64,000 nt of DNA from an uncultured Spirochaetota bacterium (GCA_963783575.1 CAWAOD010000014.1:288001-352000); one strand, 5' to 3'; counted from the stretch's first letter, positions 40,662-51,558 are shown. Notes: generated from the sequence alone by a model not told the origin. Translations and numbers: made by a program.

Positions 40662-41498
40662 ATGCAAATAAAGTTATTTATAATATTAATCATAGCTCTT
40701 ATTATTCCCGAAATGGTCTTCGCGCCTGGTATGGGCGGAAACGGGGGTATGATGAGCGGAAATGGTTATATGAGTGAAATCAAGGAAAAGACGGGAAAAG
40801 TCCGGTCAGTAATATCCAGATTACGAAAGGAACAGGGTTTGAATGAAGGACAGTCTATAGATCCTGATAAATCAAGTCCCGGGCTTTTAAGTGAGCTTGG
40901 AGATGCAGTTATGGATGACCCCGAAGGAAATTCCAGAGAACATGAATGGATGAAAAAAATGCTGGGCGGGGAAGGCGCCAAAATACTTGAAAGTTTGAAT
41001 GTTCAGGTCGGATACCGCTTTATTCTCGGTTTACCGATCGGGACATCAGGCAGTTACAGCAATATGATATTTTTTTACGAGAGTTTTTATGGAAATAATC
41101 CGTATATACCTGAATTGTCCTTAGGTTCATTTTTGGGAATGGGTACACTTATGGACATCAGCTGGATTCTGGATTACAGGTTTGCCGAATATTTAAATCT
41201 TACAAGAGATGAGGTAAAAAAGATAACTGAATTGAAACTTTTTTATGAAAAAGAGACCGATCAATTAAACTTGCAGATTCTTAATAAACGGCATCAGATT
41301 TTTGATCTCTGGTCTTCGGAAAATCCCGATGAAGAAAAAATAAAAAATGATGATAAAGAAGTATTAAGTCTTATATCTGCCGTTTCGGAAAAGGAAACGG
41401 AATACAGGATTAAAGTTCTGCAGATTTTAACACAGGAACAGAAGAAAAAAATGGATTACAATAATATTATGAATTTTCAAAACAAAAATTTAAAATAA
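40662..41498 (+). CDS. Exported Met/Gly-rich protein with C-terminal Spy/CpxP/ZraP-like (LTXXQ) domain
   Basis: Signal peptide, GMGGNGGMM, LNLTRDEV..ILTQEQKKK. Confidence 0.6.
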   Translation: MQIKLFIILIIALIIPEMVFAPGMGGNGGMMSGNGYMSEIKEKTGKVRSVISRLRKEQGLNEGQSIDPDKSSPGLLSELGDAVMDDPEGNSREHEWMKKMLGGEGAKILESLNVQVGYRFILGLPIGTSGSYSNMIFFYESFYGNNPYIPELSLGSFLGMGTLMDISWILDYRFAEYLNLTRDEVKKITELKLFYEKETDQLNLQILNKRHQIFDLWSSENPDEEKIKNDDKEVLSLISAVSEKETEYRIKVLQILTQEQKKKMDYNNIMNFQNKNLK

Positions 41499-41621
41499 TA
41501 AGCCATTATCACTCTTCAGGATGAAAACAATCTAAAAATTTATCTTATTAAAATTACACCAATAATTCATATATAATAACTTATATTTAGAAGGTTCTTT
41601 AGATGAGGATTTCCACAAATA

Positions 41622-41960
41622 AAATCTCTTATAAAGGAAAAGGAACTTTCCAGGATTGATCCGTTAACTGGTCTGGCAAATAGGGCTTTTTATGAATACG
41701 CGGCTAATGAAATTATAGATATCAACTGTTATTATCATCCGGTTACAATCTTTTATCTGGATTGTGATAATTTCAAATAAATAAATGATAAATTTGGTCA
41801 TTCCAAAGGCGATGAATTATTGAAAGCTATAGCAAATACAATTCAATTATCAATCAGGAACTCAGATATCGCGTCCAGGTTGGGCGGCGATGAATTCTGC
41901 ATTTTAATGCCTGAAACCGGAGTTTCTTACAATAAAGAAAATGTAATGTCATTCAATAAA
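41622..41960 (+). pseudogene. GGDEF diguanylate cyclase remnant
   Basis: DPLTGLANR..YLDCDNFK*INDKFGHSKGDELL..SRLGGDEFCILMPET; TAA at 41778-80; truncated at both ends. Confidence 0.8.
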
Positions 41961-43238
41961 TCAGGCTTCCACAACTCTTACCGATAGAAATTTTGTATCT
42001 CTGGAAATCGAATCGAATATATCATTGCCCCGAACATTTATAGTTATCATTTCCGCCGGTCTTGCATAGTTTTCACTGTAAGAATGTATCACTTTATTTC
42101 CATCAGTGATATCTATCCAGACTTTATTCTCAAAAACATTGCCGACTCTCAGTTCCATTTGGAAAGAACCATCTTTAACCTGATCGATGTTAATCTGCTG
42201 GGGAACAAGAGTTCTGACATTACTCCCCGGCAAAAGCCTGATTGATAAGCCGGATTTATCAATTTTCCCTATCGAAAAAAGCGCGGCATTCCTGCCCGCC
42301 GTATAACCTGCCTTGCTGACATAATCGACAAGGTCATAAATTGTTACAACATTTCCCGCCGCAAAAATACCTGGAATGTTTGTCGCCATTGCCTCGTCCA
42401 CATTAGGCCCTCCGGTTAACGGGTCCAGTTCGACCCCGGCTTTTTTCGAAAGCTCGTTTTCAGGTATCAAGCCGACCGATAATAAAACGCTGTCGCAGGG
42501 AATAAATTCTTCAGTACCGATAATAGGATTTAAGCTATCGTTTACTCGTATTGTCTCAACGCCTTCTACACGCATAATTCCGGTTATTCGCTTTATTGTT
42601 GTACCAAGCTGAAGAGGGATTTCAAAATCCTGTAGGCATTGAACATAGTTCCTCCGAAGACCTGTAAGGAAAGGCATTATCTCAAGAACTTTCTTCACTT
42701 TCGCCCCCTCCAGGATAAGCCTTCTTGCCATTATCATCCCGATATCACCTGAGCCAAGTATGACAAATTCTTTCCCTGGCATATACCCTTCGATATTGAC
42801 CATCCTCTGTACCATTCCCGCGGTATATACCCCTGCAGGCCTGCTACCCGGAATCCTGACCTGCGCCCTTGTCCTTTCCCTGCATCCCATCGCCAGAATA
42901 ATGGCTCCGGCCTGAAATTCGAGATAACCGTCAAAGCTGTTAGCGGCATATATTTTCCTGGAGGATGTAATATCCAGTACCATTGTATCAAGCAGCAATT
43001 CAATACCTATTTCAGACGACTCATCTATGAATTTTTGAGCATAAGCAGGGCCCGGAAGGTCTTTCCTGAATATTACGGAACCGAAGCCGTTATGGATGCA
43101 TTGAGGGAGAATCCCGCCTAATTTGTCATCTCTTTCAATTATAAGCACATCCCCGGCGCCCGCTCTTTTAGCTTCTATTGCCGAGGCCATTCCTGCAGGC
43201 CCTCCGCCGATTACTATCACACCATATTTACTTTTCAC
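41961..43238 (-). CDS. NAD(P)/FAD-dependent oxidoreductase (partner of GlpA-like protein)
   Basis: GGGPAG, GGILPQCIHNGFG, AMGCRER, GSGDIG. Confidence 0.85.
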   Translation of the reverse strand: MKSKYGVIVIGGGPAGMASAIEAKRAGAGDVLIIERDDKLGGILPQCIHNGFGSVIFRKDLPGPAYAQKFIDESSEIGIELLLDTMVLDITSSRKIYAANSFDGYLEFQAGAIILAMGCRERTRAQVRIPGSRPAGVYTAGMVQRMVNIEGYMPGKEFVILGSGDIGMIMARRLILEGAKVKKVLEIMPFLTGLRRNYVQCLQDFEIPLQLGTTIKRITGIMRVEGVETIRVNDSLNPIIGTEEFIPCDSVLLSVGLIPENELSKKAGVELDPLTGGPNVDEAMATNIPGIFAAGNVVTIYDLVDYVSKAGYTAGRNAALFSIGKIDKSGLSIRLLPGSNVRTLVPQQINIDQVKDGSFQMELRVGNVFENKVWIDITDGNKVIHSYSENYARPAEMITINVRGNDIFDSISRDTKFLSVRVVEA

Positions 43239-43277
43239 TTAGGACTCCATTCGCTTATAACAAGGCGTTTATTTTGT

Positions 43278-44750
43278 CTATAATGCTGGATCTTTTGTCC
43301 CTCGGAATACAATCTCTGATCCTTTACCTTTTTTTGTTACATCTGAAACCGGTATTCCAAGCTCGTTTGAAAGTATATCTATTACTCTCGGCGTATCGAA
43401 AGCACCTTGGCATCGTCCTGTTCCTAGCCAGGTTCTACGCTTGATTCCGTCATATGTCCGCGCGGGCACAAGAGAATGAATGGCATCAATGATCTCCCCC
43501 TCCATAATCTCTTCGCACCGGCAGACAATCCTGCCGTAAGAAGGGTTCTTTTTTATCAACTCCGCTTTTTCCTTATGCGAGAGTTTGTGAAATGAAGGTT
43601 TTGTCCTACGTAGTGGATTCCATTTCGACTTTGGTTTCATACTAAAACCGGATTCAGCCAATAAATTTATAACCATAACCGCAATAGCAGGAGCTGATGC
43701 GAAACCGGGTGATTCTATTCCACCTAAATTGATAAACCCTTCAATGTTTTTCGGGATTTCTATTACAAAATCCCTGTCGGCATTTCCCCTGGCCCGGATA
43801 CCTGAGTACATAGCGATCACATCACGTATATTCAGCGATGGAACAAGTTTCCTTGCCCCTTCGATTATTTCATTCAGTCCTTCCGTTGTTGTCGAAGGAT
43901 CACTTTTATTATCTATTTCCATTGCGTTAGGCCCTATCATTACATTGCCATGGACAGTAGTCGAAACAAGAATTCCTTTACCTTTTTCTGTCGGTACGGG
44001 AAACAAAATATTATTCAGGCTGAATTTCGATGCATCAAAAATCAGGTATTCACCTTTCCTGGGGGTTATTTTAAATTCCGGGCGCAAATTCGCTTTATGC
44101 ATAACATCATCTGAATAAAGCCCTGCACAATTTATAACCCACTTTGAAGCATAATCTGTAAGGTTTGTTCTAATACCGGTTATTCTGCTGCCATCAAATA
44201 TGAAATCCTCAAACTTTGTATTAAAATTAATTTTAACGTCATTCATAACGGCATTTTCCGCTGCTGCAAGAACAGCACCGAAGGGGTCGATAACGCCTGC
44301 GGTAGGTGTCCATAAAGCCCCGCTAACTCCCGGATTGATAATCGGCTCTTTATTGAGAAACTCATTCCTTTTCAGGATTTTCATCATCGGGACGCCATTA
44401 TTGACTCCCTTTTCATAGAGATTCTGAAGCTTTTTGAATTCTTCCTGGCCAAATGAGACAACATAGCTTCCTGTTCTTTTGAAAGGAATATCAAGTTCGC
44501 CTGCCAGGTTTTCCCATAATCTATTACCCTCAACATTTAGTTTCGCTTTAAGGCTTCCAGGCTCAGGATCATAACCAGCGTGTATGATGGCGCTGTTTGC
44601 CGAACTTGGGCACATTCCGACATCTATCTCTTTCTCAATCATCAGGATGTCCAGTTCATACCCTGAAAGGTATCTTGCTACCATTGAGCCTATAATTCCG
44701 GCACCTATGATTATTATATCATATTGTTCCATATTAATTCCTGATTTCAA
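43278..44750 (-). CDS. FAD-dependent oxidoreductase with C-terminal BFD-like [2Fe-2S] domain (anaerobic glycerol-3-P dehydrogenase/LhgO-like)
   Basis: GAGIIG, ANSAIIHAG, IVCRCE..GRCQG. Confidence 0.85.
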   Translation of the reverse strand: MKSGINMEQYDIIIIGAGIIGSMVARYLSGYELDILMIEKEIDVGMCPSSANSAIIHAGYDPEPGSLKAKLNVEGNRLWENLAGELDIPFKRTGSYVVSFGQEEFKKLQNLYEKGVNNGVPMMKILKRNEFLNKEPIINPGVSGALWTPTAGVIDPFGAVLAAAENAVMNDVKINFNTKFEDFIFDGSRITGIRTNLTDYASKWVINCAGLYSDDVMHKANLRPEFKITPRKGEYLIFDASKFSLNNILFPVPTEKGKGILVSTTVHGNVMIGPNAMEIDNKSDPSTTTEGLNEIIEGARKLVPSLNIRDVIAMYSGIRARGNADRDFVIEIPKNIEGFINLGGIESPGFASAPAIAVMVINLLAESGFSMKPKSKWNPLRRTKPSFHKLSHKEKAELIKKNPSYGRIVCRCEEIMEGEIIDAIHSLVPARTYDGIKRRTWLGTGRCQGAFDTPRVIDILSNELGIPVSDVTKKGKGSEIVFRGTKDPAL

Positions 44751-45097
44751 ACTAGCATCAATTTTGAAGGTCTGATTTCTCTCTTAAAGGGATCCAGAAC
44801 AAAACCCGATTCTTCAAGCGTTACCGAACCGATAAGAGCTTCTTCATCATTTTCACCAAGTATTACAGGTGTATGACCTTCATAGCCAAGAATTTCAATA
44901 TGACATTCCGAAACACAACGTTTGATTTTTGTTCCATCCGCTAGAATAAATTCAAGTTTTCTTTTAGGATTCAGATTTATTTTCTCCCAAACCAATTTTG
45001 GAATTAACGTATATGTTGCGCCGCTGTCGACAAGAAAATCAACAGCAACAGAAGGTCCGCCATTTGAAACAGTCCCTTTAACATAAATTATTCCCAT
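44747..45097 (-). CDS. Clan AA (retropepsin-like) aspartic protease
   Basis: FLVDSGATYT, LIGSVTLE..GF.LDP. Confidence 0.8.
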   Translation of the reverse strand: MGIIYVKGTVSNGGPSVAVDFLVDSGATYTLIPKLVWEKINLNPKRKLEFILADGTKIKRCVSECHIEILGYEGHTPVILGENDEEALIGSVTLEESGFVLDPFKREIRPSKLMLV

Positions 45098-45227
45098 AGT
45101 TTTGCTCCTTTAGTTCCGGTATGTTTTTTATATTATTAATTATAGATTAAACTGTATATAATGGTCAAGGATCTAATGGCAAAAGATCAAAACCGGAAGG
45201 TTAGTCGTCAGGTTCTATCATCGAAAA

Positions 45228-45256
45228 TTGACAAACCGACTGTCGGCTAAAATACT
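45228..45256 (+). promoter_or_regulatory. Possible etfB promoter with a palindrome in the spacer
   Basis: TTGACA-N17-AATACT with CCGAC-T-GTCGG (45236-46) between the boxes. Confidence 0.35.
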
Positions 45257-45484
45257 AATAATTGACAAAATTTTCAGATTTATATAAAATAAGAGCCTTT
45301 ATTATAATGTTTGACATAAGATGATATGCTGTTATTAATTTATATTTTTGCTTGCCGAACCAAAGGAGCGCGCTTGTTAAAAGCCTGCAAAAACCTTTTG
45401 CTGCAGGAATAAAGCGTAAGTATGATTATTACGACAAATTTAAATGTTGACTTTCGACTGACGGCTGATGACTAATTATAGGAG

Positions 45485-46363
45485 GTGAACGTGGGTTACC
45501 AGATGGTTGTTTTAGTAAAACAGGTACCAGATACGCATAATATTACAGGTCAGGCGATGAAAGAGGATGGAACGGTAAACCGCCAGGCTCTTCCGGCAAT
45601 ATTTAACCCAGAAGATTTAAATGCCCTAGAAGAGGCGATTAAAATTAAGGAAGAATACGGTGGAAAAGTAACGGTGATTACTATGGGTCCTCCTAACGCG
45701 GCTCAGGTCCTTAGAGATTCACTTTTCAGAGGCTCTGACGAAGTTATTCTTATATCTGACAGGATATTCGCAGGAGCCGATACTCTGGCGACATCTTATG
45801 CGCTTGCGCAGGCAATCAATAAAATCGGTAAGACCGATATTGTTCTTTGCGGAAGGCAGGCCATTGACGGTGATACCGCACAGGTCGGCCCACAGACAGC
45901 AGAAAAGCTAAAAATTAACCAGATTACTTGCGTGAATAAAATTATGGAATTAAAAAAAGATTCCATTACGGCTGAAAGGTCGATTGAAGGCGGATATGAA
46001 ATAATAAAAGCTAAACTGCCGATTCTCCTTACAATCACAGCGGAAGCGAATACACCGCGCCCGCCATCTGCCAAAAAAATTCTGGCCTACAAACATGCAA
46101 TGACCCCGCTTGAAGCAGAGAATTTAGACGAGGAGTATCTTAATGCCAATGAGATCGACAATTCCAACATTATCATAAAACTCTGGGGTCATGATAATAT
46201 AAATGCAAATCCGGAACAGTGCGGCCTGGCCGGCTCCCCTACAAAAGTTAAGGAAATAGAGAGCGTTGTGCTGGAGGCTCAGAATTTCAAACAGATTGAG
46301 AATACAAAAACCGGCCTTGAATCTCTGGTTAGAGAATTGATAGCCGAACACATCATAGGATAA
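45485..46363 (+). CDS. etfB: Electron transfer flavoprotein beta subunit
   Basis: KQVPDT, GADTLATS, GRQAIDGDTAQVGP. Confidence 0.95.
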   Translation: MNVGYQMVVLVKQVPDTHNITGQAMKEDGTVNRQALPAIFNPEDLNALEEAIKIKEEYGGKVTVITMGPPNAAQVLRDSLFRGSDEVILISDRIFAGADTLATSYALAQAINKIGKTDIVLCGRQAIDGDTAQVGPQTAEKLKINQITCVNKIMELKKDSITAERSIEGGYEIIKAKLPILLTITAEANTPRPPSAKKILAYKHAMTPLEAENLDEEYLNANEIDNSNIIIKLWGHDNINANPEQCGLAGSPTKVKEIESVVLEAQNFKQIENTKTGLESLVRELIAEHIIG

Positions 46364-46373
46364 GGGGTTCAAA

Positions 46374-47399
46374 ATGAAAACTAACGAAGTTTGGGTTTAT
46401 ATAGAACAAAATAACGGAAAGATCGCCGACGTCAGTCTGGAACTTCTGGGTAAAGGAAGCGAACTTGCAGGCAAGCTTAAAGTCAAAACAGGCGCAGTTT
46501 TAATAGGCGATAATGTAAAATCACTTGCTGCAGCATTGTTCAGTTATGGTGCAGATAAAGTCTATTTATCCGAAAATACTTTATTAAAAAATTACTTAAC
46601 ACTGCCTTATGCAAATATTGTAGTAAATCTTGTTAAAGAATACCAGCCCCAGATTGTTTTATATGGAGCAACGACAACCGGAAGAGATATCGCTCCCCGT
46701 ATTGCTTCGGAGCTCAGGGTGGGACTTACGGCAGACTGCACAAATTTGAAGATCGGTGATTTTGAAAAAAAATCAAAGGATGAAACTAAAGAATATAAAG
46801 ATATTCTCTATCAGATACGCCCGGCTTTCGGAGGCAACATCATCGCTACTATAGTCAGCCCGGATCACAGGCCTCAGATGGCTACTGTCCGTGAAGGCGT
46901 TATGAAAATGAATTCTCAAAATTCATCCCGTAAGGGTGAAATCATAGAGAATCAGCCGGTTCTACCGAAAGAGTTATTTATTTCTGATATTGTAAAACGT
47001 ATTCAGCAGGAAAAAACAGTTGACCTTAAATCCGCGGGTATTATAGTATCCGGCGGTATGGGTGTCGGTTCAAAGGACAACTTTAAACTGATCCATGAAC
47101 TGGCGCATGTTCTCGGTGCCCAGGTTGGAGGCTCCAGGGCTGCTGTTGACGCCGGGTTTATACCGAAGGATCATCAGGTTGGTCAGACAGGAACTACGGT
47201 ACGGCCAAAACTTTACATAGCAGTAGGTATCTCGGGGCAGATACAGCACCGTGCCGGCATGAGCGAATCGAACCGAATTATAGCCATCAATAGCGATCCG
47301 AACGCTCCGATCTTTCAGATAGCTCAATACGGGATCGTAGGGGATTTGAATGATATAGTACCGAAATTTATTGAAGTTTATAAATCATTAAAGAAATAA
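46374..47399 (+). CDS. etfA: Electron transfer flavoprotein alpha subunit
   Basis: [28 protein letters not shown]. Confidence 0.95.
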   Translation: MKTNEVWVYIEQNNGKIADVSLELLGKGSELAGKLKVKTGAVLIGDNVKSLAAALFSYGADKVYLSENTLLKNYLTLPYANIVVNLVKEYQPQIVLYGATTTGRDIAPRIASELRVGLTADCTNLKIGDFEKKSKDETKEYKDILYQIRPAFGGNIIATIVSPDHRPQMATVREGVMKMNSQNSSRKGEIIENQPVLPKELFISDIVKRIQQEKTVDLKSAGIIVSGGMGVGSKDNFKLIHELAHVLGAQVGGSRAAVDAGFIPKDHQVGQTGTTVRPKLYIAVGISGQIQHRAGMSESNRIIAINSDPNAPIFQIAQYGIVGDLNDIVPKFIEVYKSLKK

Positions 47400-47409
47400 G
47401 GAGCAAACC

Positions 47410-49131
47410 ATGCCGAATTTTTATAAAGAAAATGACGATATCCAGTTTCACATCAAACATCTGGACCTGGACCGCATCATTGAGCTGACCGAGCATAATT
47501 TTGCCGATAAGGATAAATATGATTACGCTCCTGTGAATATCAACGATGCGAAAGATTCTTACGATAAGATTTTAAATATAATCGGCGATATAGCCGGTAA
47601 CTTCATCGCGCCAAGAGCGCCGGAAGTGGATAAAGAAAGCGCGCACTTTGACAATGGCGAGGTCCGCTACGCTAAAGGCACGGAAGAATCCCTGGATGTG
47701 CTTAAAAAAGCGGAATTGATGGGCTTTACATTGCCAAGGAAATACGGTGGCCTCAATTGCCCTATAACCATTTATTCTATAGCGACTGAGATGGTTTCAC
47801 GAGCCGACGCTTCAATTATGAATATATTCGGTCTTCAGGATATTGCCGATACGATAAATAAGTTTGGAGATGAAGATCAGAAGCAGAGGTATCTTCCCCG
47901 CTTTTCATCTGGTGAAGTAACAGGATCAATGGCTTTGACAGAACCTGATGCGGGAAGCGACCTTCAGGCGGTTATGCTTAAAGCCTGGCAGGATGAGAAA
48001 GGCCAATGGCGGCTCCGCGGTGTCAAACGGTTTATAACCAACGGCTGCGGAAAGATTTCGCTTGTGCTTGCCCGAAGCGAAGAAGGCTCAACCGACGGTA
48101 GGGGTTTGTCTATGTTCATCTATGAAAGGGACAAAAATATGAAAATCCGCCGTATTGAACATAAACTGGGGATACATGGCTCTCCAACCTGCGAACTACA
48201 GTTTAATGATGCCCCGGCTGAACTTGCAGGCAAGCGAAAAATGGGACTTATAAAATATGTAATGTCACTGATGAACGGGGCTAGGCTGGCAATTGCCGCC
48301 CAGGCTCTTGGAATAGCTGAGGCCGCTTATTTTGAAGCCGAAAAATATGCCGGTGAAAGGGTCCAGTTCAAAAAAGCCATAAATGAGTTCATTCCCATCA
48401 GCGAATTGCTTGTCAATATGCGAGTAAAAATTGAAGCAGCCAGAACACTTCTTTATGAAACTGCTAAAATTGTGGATATAAAAACAGGTCTTGAACATTT
48501 AAGTGAAGAAAGCGATGAAAAAGCTAAAGAGTACCGTGATGAGCTCAAAAAATATTCAGCTCTGGCGGCCCTTTTCACTCCAATGGTTAAAGGCTACAAT
48601 ACAGAAATCGGCAATCAGGTCGCTTATGAAGCCATTCAGATACATGGCGGAACCGGATTTATGCAGGAATTCAATGTTGAAAGGCATTACCGTGATGTTA
48701 GGATCACCAATATTTACGAAGGAACAACTCAGTTACAAGTTGTCGCTGCAATAGGAGGGGTCGTAAAAGGTATAGCCGTTGAAAGGCTGAATGAATATGA
48801 ATCGACTTTTGGTTTTAATCAAATCGAGCACCTTCATAAAATGGTTAAAGAAATAAAGATTCTTCTCGAGAAGGCGATTGATTATGTAAAAGAGAAAAAC
48901 GACAGCCTATATCAGGATTATCATTCCCGCAGGCTTGTTGAAATGGCTACATTTGCCGTTATTGGCTACCTTATGCTAAGGGATGCAAATTATTCAGAGA
49001 GAAAAAAGGATGTGGCAAAATATTTCATAGACTTCGCACTTCCTGAAGTGAAAATGAGGCATGACATCATAATAAATAATACTTCACATATGCTGGAAAA
49101 GAAGCAGGAAATTCTAAAAGGCAAAAATTGA
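47410..49131 (+). CDS. Acyl-CoA dehydrogenase
   Basis: MALTEPDAGSD, KRFITNG, QIHGGTGF, IYEGTTQLQ. Confidence 0.95.
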   Translation: MPNFYKENDDIQFHIKHLDLDRIIELTEHNFADKDKYDYAPVNINDAKDSYDKILNIIGDIAGNFIAPRAPEVDKESAHFDNGEVRYAKGTEESLDVLKKAELMGFTLPRKYGGLNCPITIYSIATEMVSRADASIMNIFGLQDIADTINKFGDEDQKQRYLPRFSSGEVTGSMALTEPDAGSDLQAVMLKAWQDEKGQWRLRGVKRFITNGCGKISLVLARSEEGSTDGRGLSMFIYERDKNMKIRRIEHKLGIHGSPTCELQFNDAPAELAGKRKMGLIKYVMSLMNGARLAIAAQALGIAEAAYFEAEKYAGERVQFKKAINEFIPISELLVNMRVKIEAARTLLYETAKIVDIKTGLEHLSEESDEKAKEYRDELKKYSALAALFTPMVKGYNTEIGNQVAYEAIQIHGGTGFMQEFNVERHYRDVRITNIYEGTTQLQVVAAIGGVVKGIAVERLNEYESTFGFNQIEHLHKMVKEIKILLEKAIDYVKEKNDSLYQDYHSRRLVEMATFAVIGYLMLRDANYSERKKDVAKYFIDFALPEVKMRHDIIINNTSHMLEKKQEILKGKN

Positions 49132-49153
49132 GCCGTACTTAATTTAATTGAGC

Positions 49154-49182
49154 GGGCGGCATTATTTATGCCGCCTCTTTTA
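49154..49182 (+). terminator. Rho-independent terminator
   Basis: GGCGGCAT-tattt-ATGCCGCC followed by TCTTTT. Confidence 0.75.
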
Positions 49183-49253
49183 TTTAAAGAAATTTGCTAA
49201 AGACGAAAGAATGAGTCAATAGGGATATGAAGTTAAATAGATGGAGGGTAATT

Positions 49254-50555
49254 ATGGATCAGCAAGCTCTTGGATTAAATGATATTATCGTTCAGCACTC
49301 TCATACTGTTTTTTCTCTTTTATCTGAAAGGGGGAAAAAAATATTTTTCCCCAAAAAAGGCATACTTGCTCAATCAGCGGAAGCGAAGGGCAAAAAAATC
49401 AATGCTACAATAGGTGAAGCTGTAGAAGATGACGGTAGTCCCATGCGGCTTAAGTCGCTTGAAAATTTAATCAAAATAAATCCAGGATCTGCTTTTCCAT
49501 ATGCTCCAAGCACAGGTAAACAGGATATTCGCACTAAATGGAAAGAAATGCTTTACCAAAAAAATCCCAGCCTTGCCGGAAAACCGGTAAGTCTTCCTTT
49601 GGTTACCAATGCTCTGACCCATGGATTAAGTATAACAGGGTATTTATTTGTTAATACCGGCGACATTATATATATTCCGGATTTATACTGGGAAAATTAT
49701 AATCTTATCTTTGAAAATGCATATAATGCTGAAATAAGAAGTTTCCGGTTATTTAAAGATGATGGTTTGGATTTTGAATCTTTTAGAAATATTTTATCTG
49801 ATAAAACTTCCGATAAAAAAATAATTTTGCTTAATTTTCCAAATAATCCCGCCGGTTATACCCCGCTTGAGAATGAGGCCCATAAAATTGTTTCGCTTAT
49901 TAAAGAATCGGCTGAAAAGGGAAACCGGATTCTGGTTATAATCGACGATGCGTATTTTGGATTGGTCTATGAAGATGGTGTGATAAAAGAATCTTTATTT
50001 TCATGGCTTTCCGATGTTCATGAAAATGTTCTAGCAGTAAAACTGGATGGCCCGACAAAGGAAGATTATGTCTGGGGTTTCCGTGTAGGATTTATAACTT
50101 TTGGCATAAAAAATGGAAATGCAGAACTTTATTCAGCCCTGGAATTTAAAACTGCAGGAGCAATAAGAGGAAATATTTCCAATGTTTCTAATTTATCTCA
50201 ATCTTTACTTAATGCAGCATATGAATCAACTAAATATGAAAAAGAAAAAAAAGAAAAGTATGAGAAACTTAAATCACGATATATGGAATTGAAAATAGTA
50301 TTAACAGATCATAAGGAATATATAGAAATGTTCCAGCCGATTCCTTATAATTCAGGATACTTTATGTGTATAAAACTCTCTCATGGTATAGACGGAGAGA
50401 AAGTCAGAAAATTGCTTCTTGAAGAGTTTGAAACAGGTGTGATAAGCATGTCGGGTGTAATAAGAATTGCATATTCTTGCGTCTCAAAAAACAAAATAGC
50501 TCAACTTTTTGAGTTTATCTATCGCGCTTGTATTAAAGTTAAGGAAGGTCAATAA
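49254..50555 (+). CDS. PLP-dependent aminotransferase class I/II
   Basis: NFPNNPAGY, DDAYFG, DGPTKEDYVWGFRVG; GGAGG RBS before ATG 49254. Confidence 0.88.
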   Translation: MDQQALGLNDIIVQHSHTVFSLLSERGKKIFFPKKGILAQSAEAKGKKINATIGEAVEDDGSPMRLKSLENLIKINPGSAFPYAPSTGKQDIRTKWKEMLYQKNPSLAGKPVSLPLVTNALTHGLSITGYLFVNTGDIIYIPDLYWENYNLIFENAYNAEIRSFRLFKDDGLDFESFRNILSDKTSDKKIILLNFPNNPAGYTPLENEAHKIVSLIKESAEKGNRILVIIDDAYFGLVYEDGVIKESLFSWLSDVHENVLAVKLDGPTKEDYVWGFRVGFITFGIKNGNAELYSALEFKTAGAIRGNISNVSNLSQSLLNAAYESTKYEKEKKEKYEKLKSRYMELKIVLTDHKEYIEMFQPIPYNSGYFMCIKLSHGIDGEKVRKLLLEEFETGVISMSGVIRIAYSCVSKNKIAQLFEFIYRACIKVKEGQ

Positions 50556-50564
50556 ACCTGGAAT

Positions 50565-51197
50565 TTATCCATTAACCCTGAAATCTTCCATCGGTAAAAT
50601 ACACTTAATTATCAATGCTCCTGAAATTGACTTTATTAAATCGCCGACAATGAAAGGAATATAACCCATCCATAAAAGATCCGGAATATTGATCGAACTT
50701 CCTTTAACGATCTTTAACCATAAACCTAAATGAATTAAACCGGGAATATAAATAAGAAAAAGCTGTGAGAATAGTATTATGCCAAAAAGCGGAAACAATT
50801 TTCTTGACTTTACAAAAGAATCTGTAAAATATCCAATAAAAAAAGCCGCCATAATATATCCAATGGTATAACCGGCTGTTGGTCCGGTCAATACTGTAAT
50901 ACCTCCTTTTAATCCTGCAAACCAAGGTATGCCTGCAAAACCAAGGACAGCATAAAATATCATGCCTATGCCGCCCCAGCGTTTTCCAAGAATGACTGCT
51001 GCAAATATAACACCGAACTGGCTTGCAACTATAGGAATAGGCGTCCATGGTAAATAAATCCTTACCTGAGCTAGCAGACCGGTCAAGCAGGCCATGCATA
51101 AAGCCAGAGATATTTTATAAACCAAATTGGCCTCACTGCGCCATGCAAAAAAATTCAGTCTAAGGCGATAATAACTTTCAAACACATTGTTTGTCAT
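50565..51197 (-). CDS. bioY: Biotin transporter BioY
   Basis: AQVRIYLPWTPIP, GFAGIPWFAG, GPTAGYTIGY, PFIVGDLIK; BirA box upstream. Confidence 0.93.
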   Translation of the reverse strand: MTNNVFESYYRLRLNFFAWRSEANLVYKISLALCMACLTGLLAQVRIYLPWTPIPIVASQFGVIFAAVILGKRWGGIGMIFYAVLGFAGIPWFAGLKGGITVLTGPTAGYTIGYIMAAFFIGYFTDSFVKSRKLFPLFGIILFSQLFLIYIPGLIHLGLWLKIVKGSSINIPDLLWMGYIPFIVGDLIKSISGALIIKCILPMEDFRVNG

Positions 51198-51252
51198 CCC
51201 GAATCCTCCAAATAAAATATTAATAAAAGTATTTTAATATAATTTTATTATG

Positions 51253-51283
51253 TTGTCAACTTACATATAATCATGGTTGACAA
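51253..51283. promoter_or_regulatory. BirA operator
   Basis: Perfect TTGTCAAC-N15-GTTGACAA, 55 bp upstream of bioY. Confidence 0.85.
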
Positions 51284-51558
51284 TTTGGATAGATAAAATA
51301 TGTTATTGGACTACGCATTAATGTGATCACCACATCTTGATGAAATCGATTTTAGTAAAAAATAAATACCTGGAGTTAATATTCCGTTTATTTATATTAA
51401 CATTTGACACGCATAGATTAATAATTTAATATAATATAAGCATTTTGAAAATCTCGGTAAAACAAAATTTTTAATAATACGTACGCTTATATTAAATATT
51501 AGAATAATGATAATTTATTGGATACCGATATTTAATATAGAATTTTCATCTGAATATA

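Noticed and set aside
45449..45476. Degenerate heptamer run GACTTTC GACTGAC GGCTGAT GACTAAT before etfB
   Set aside because: Four weak units only; cannot be distinguished from chance.
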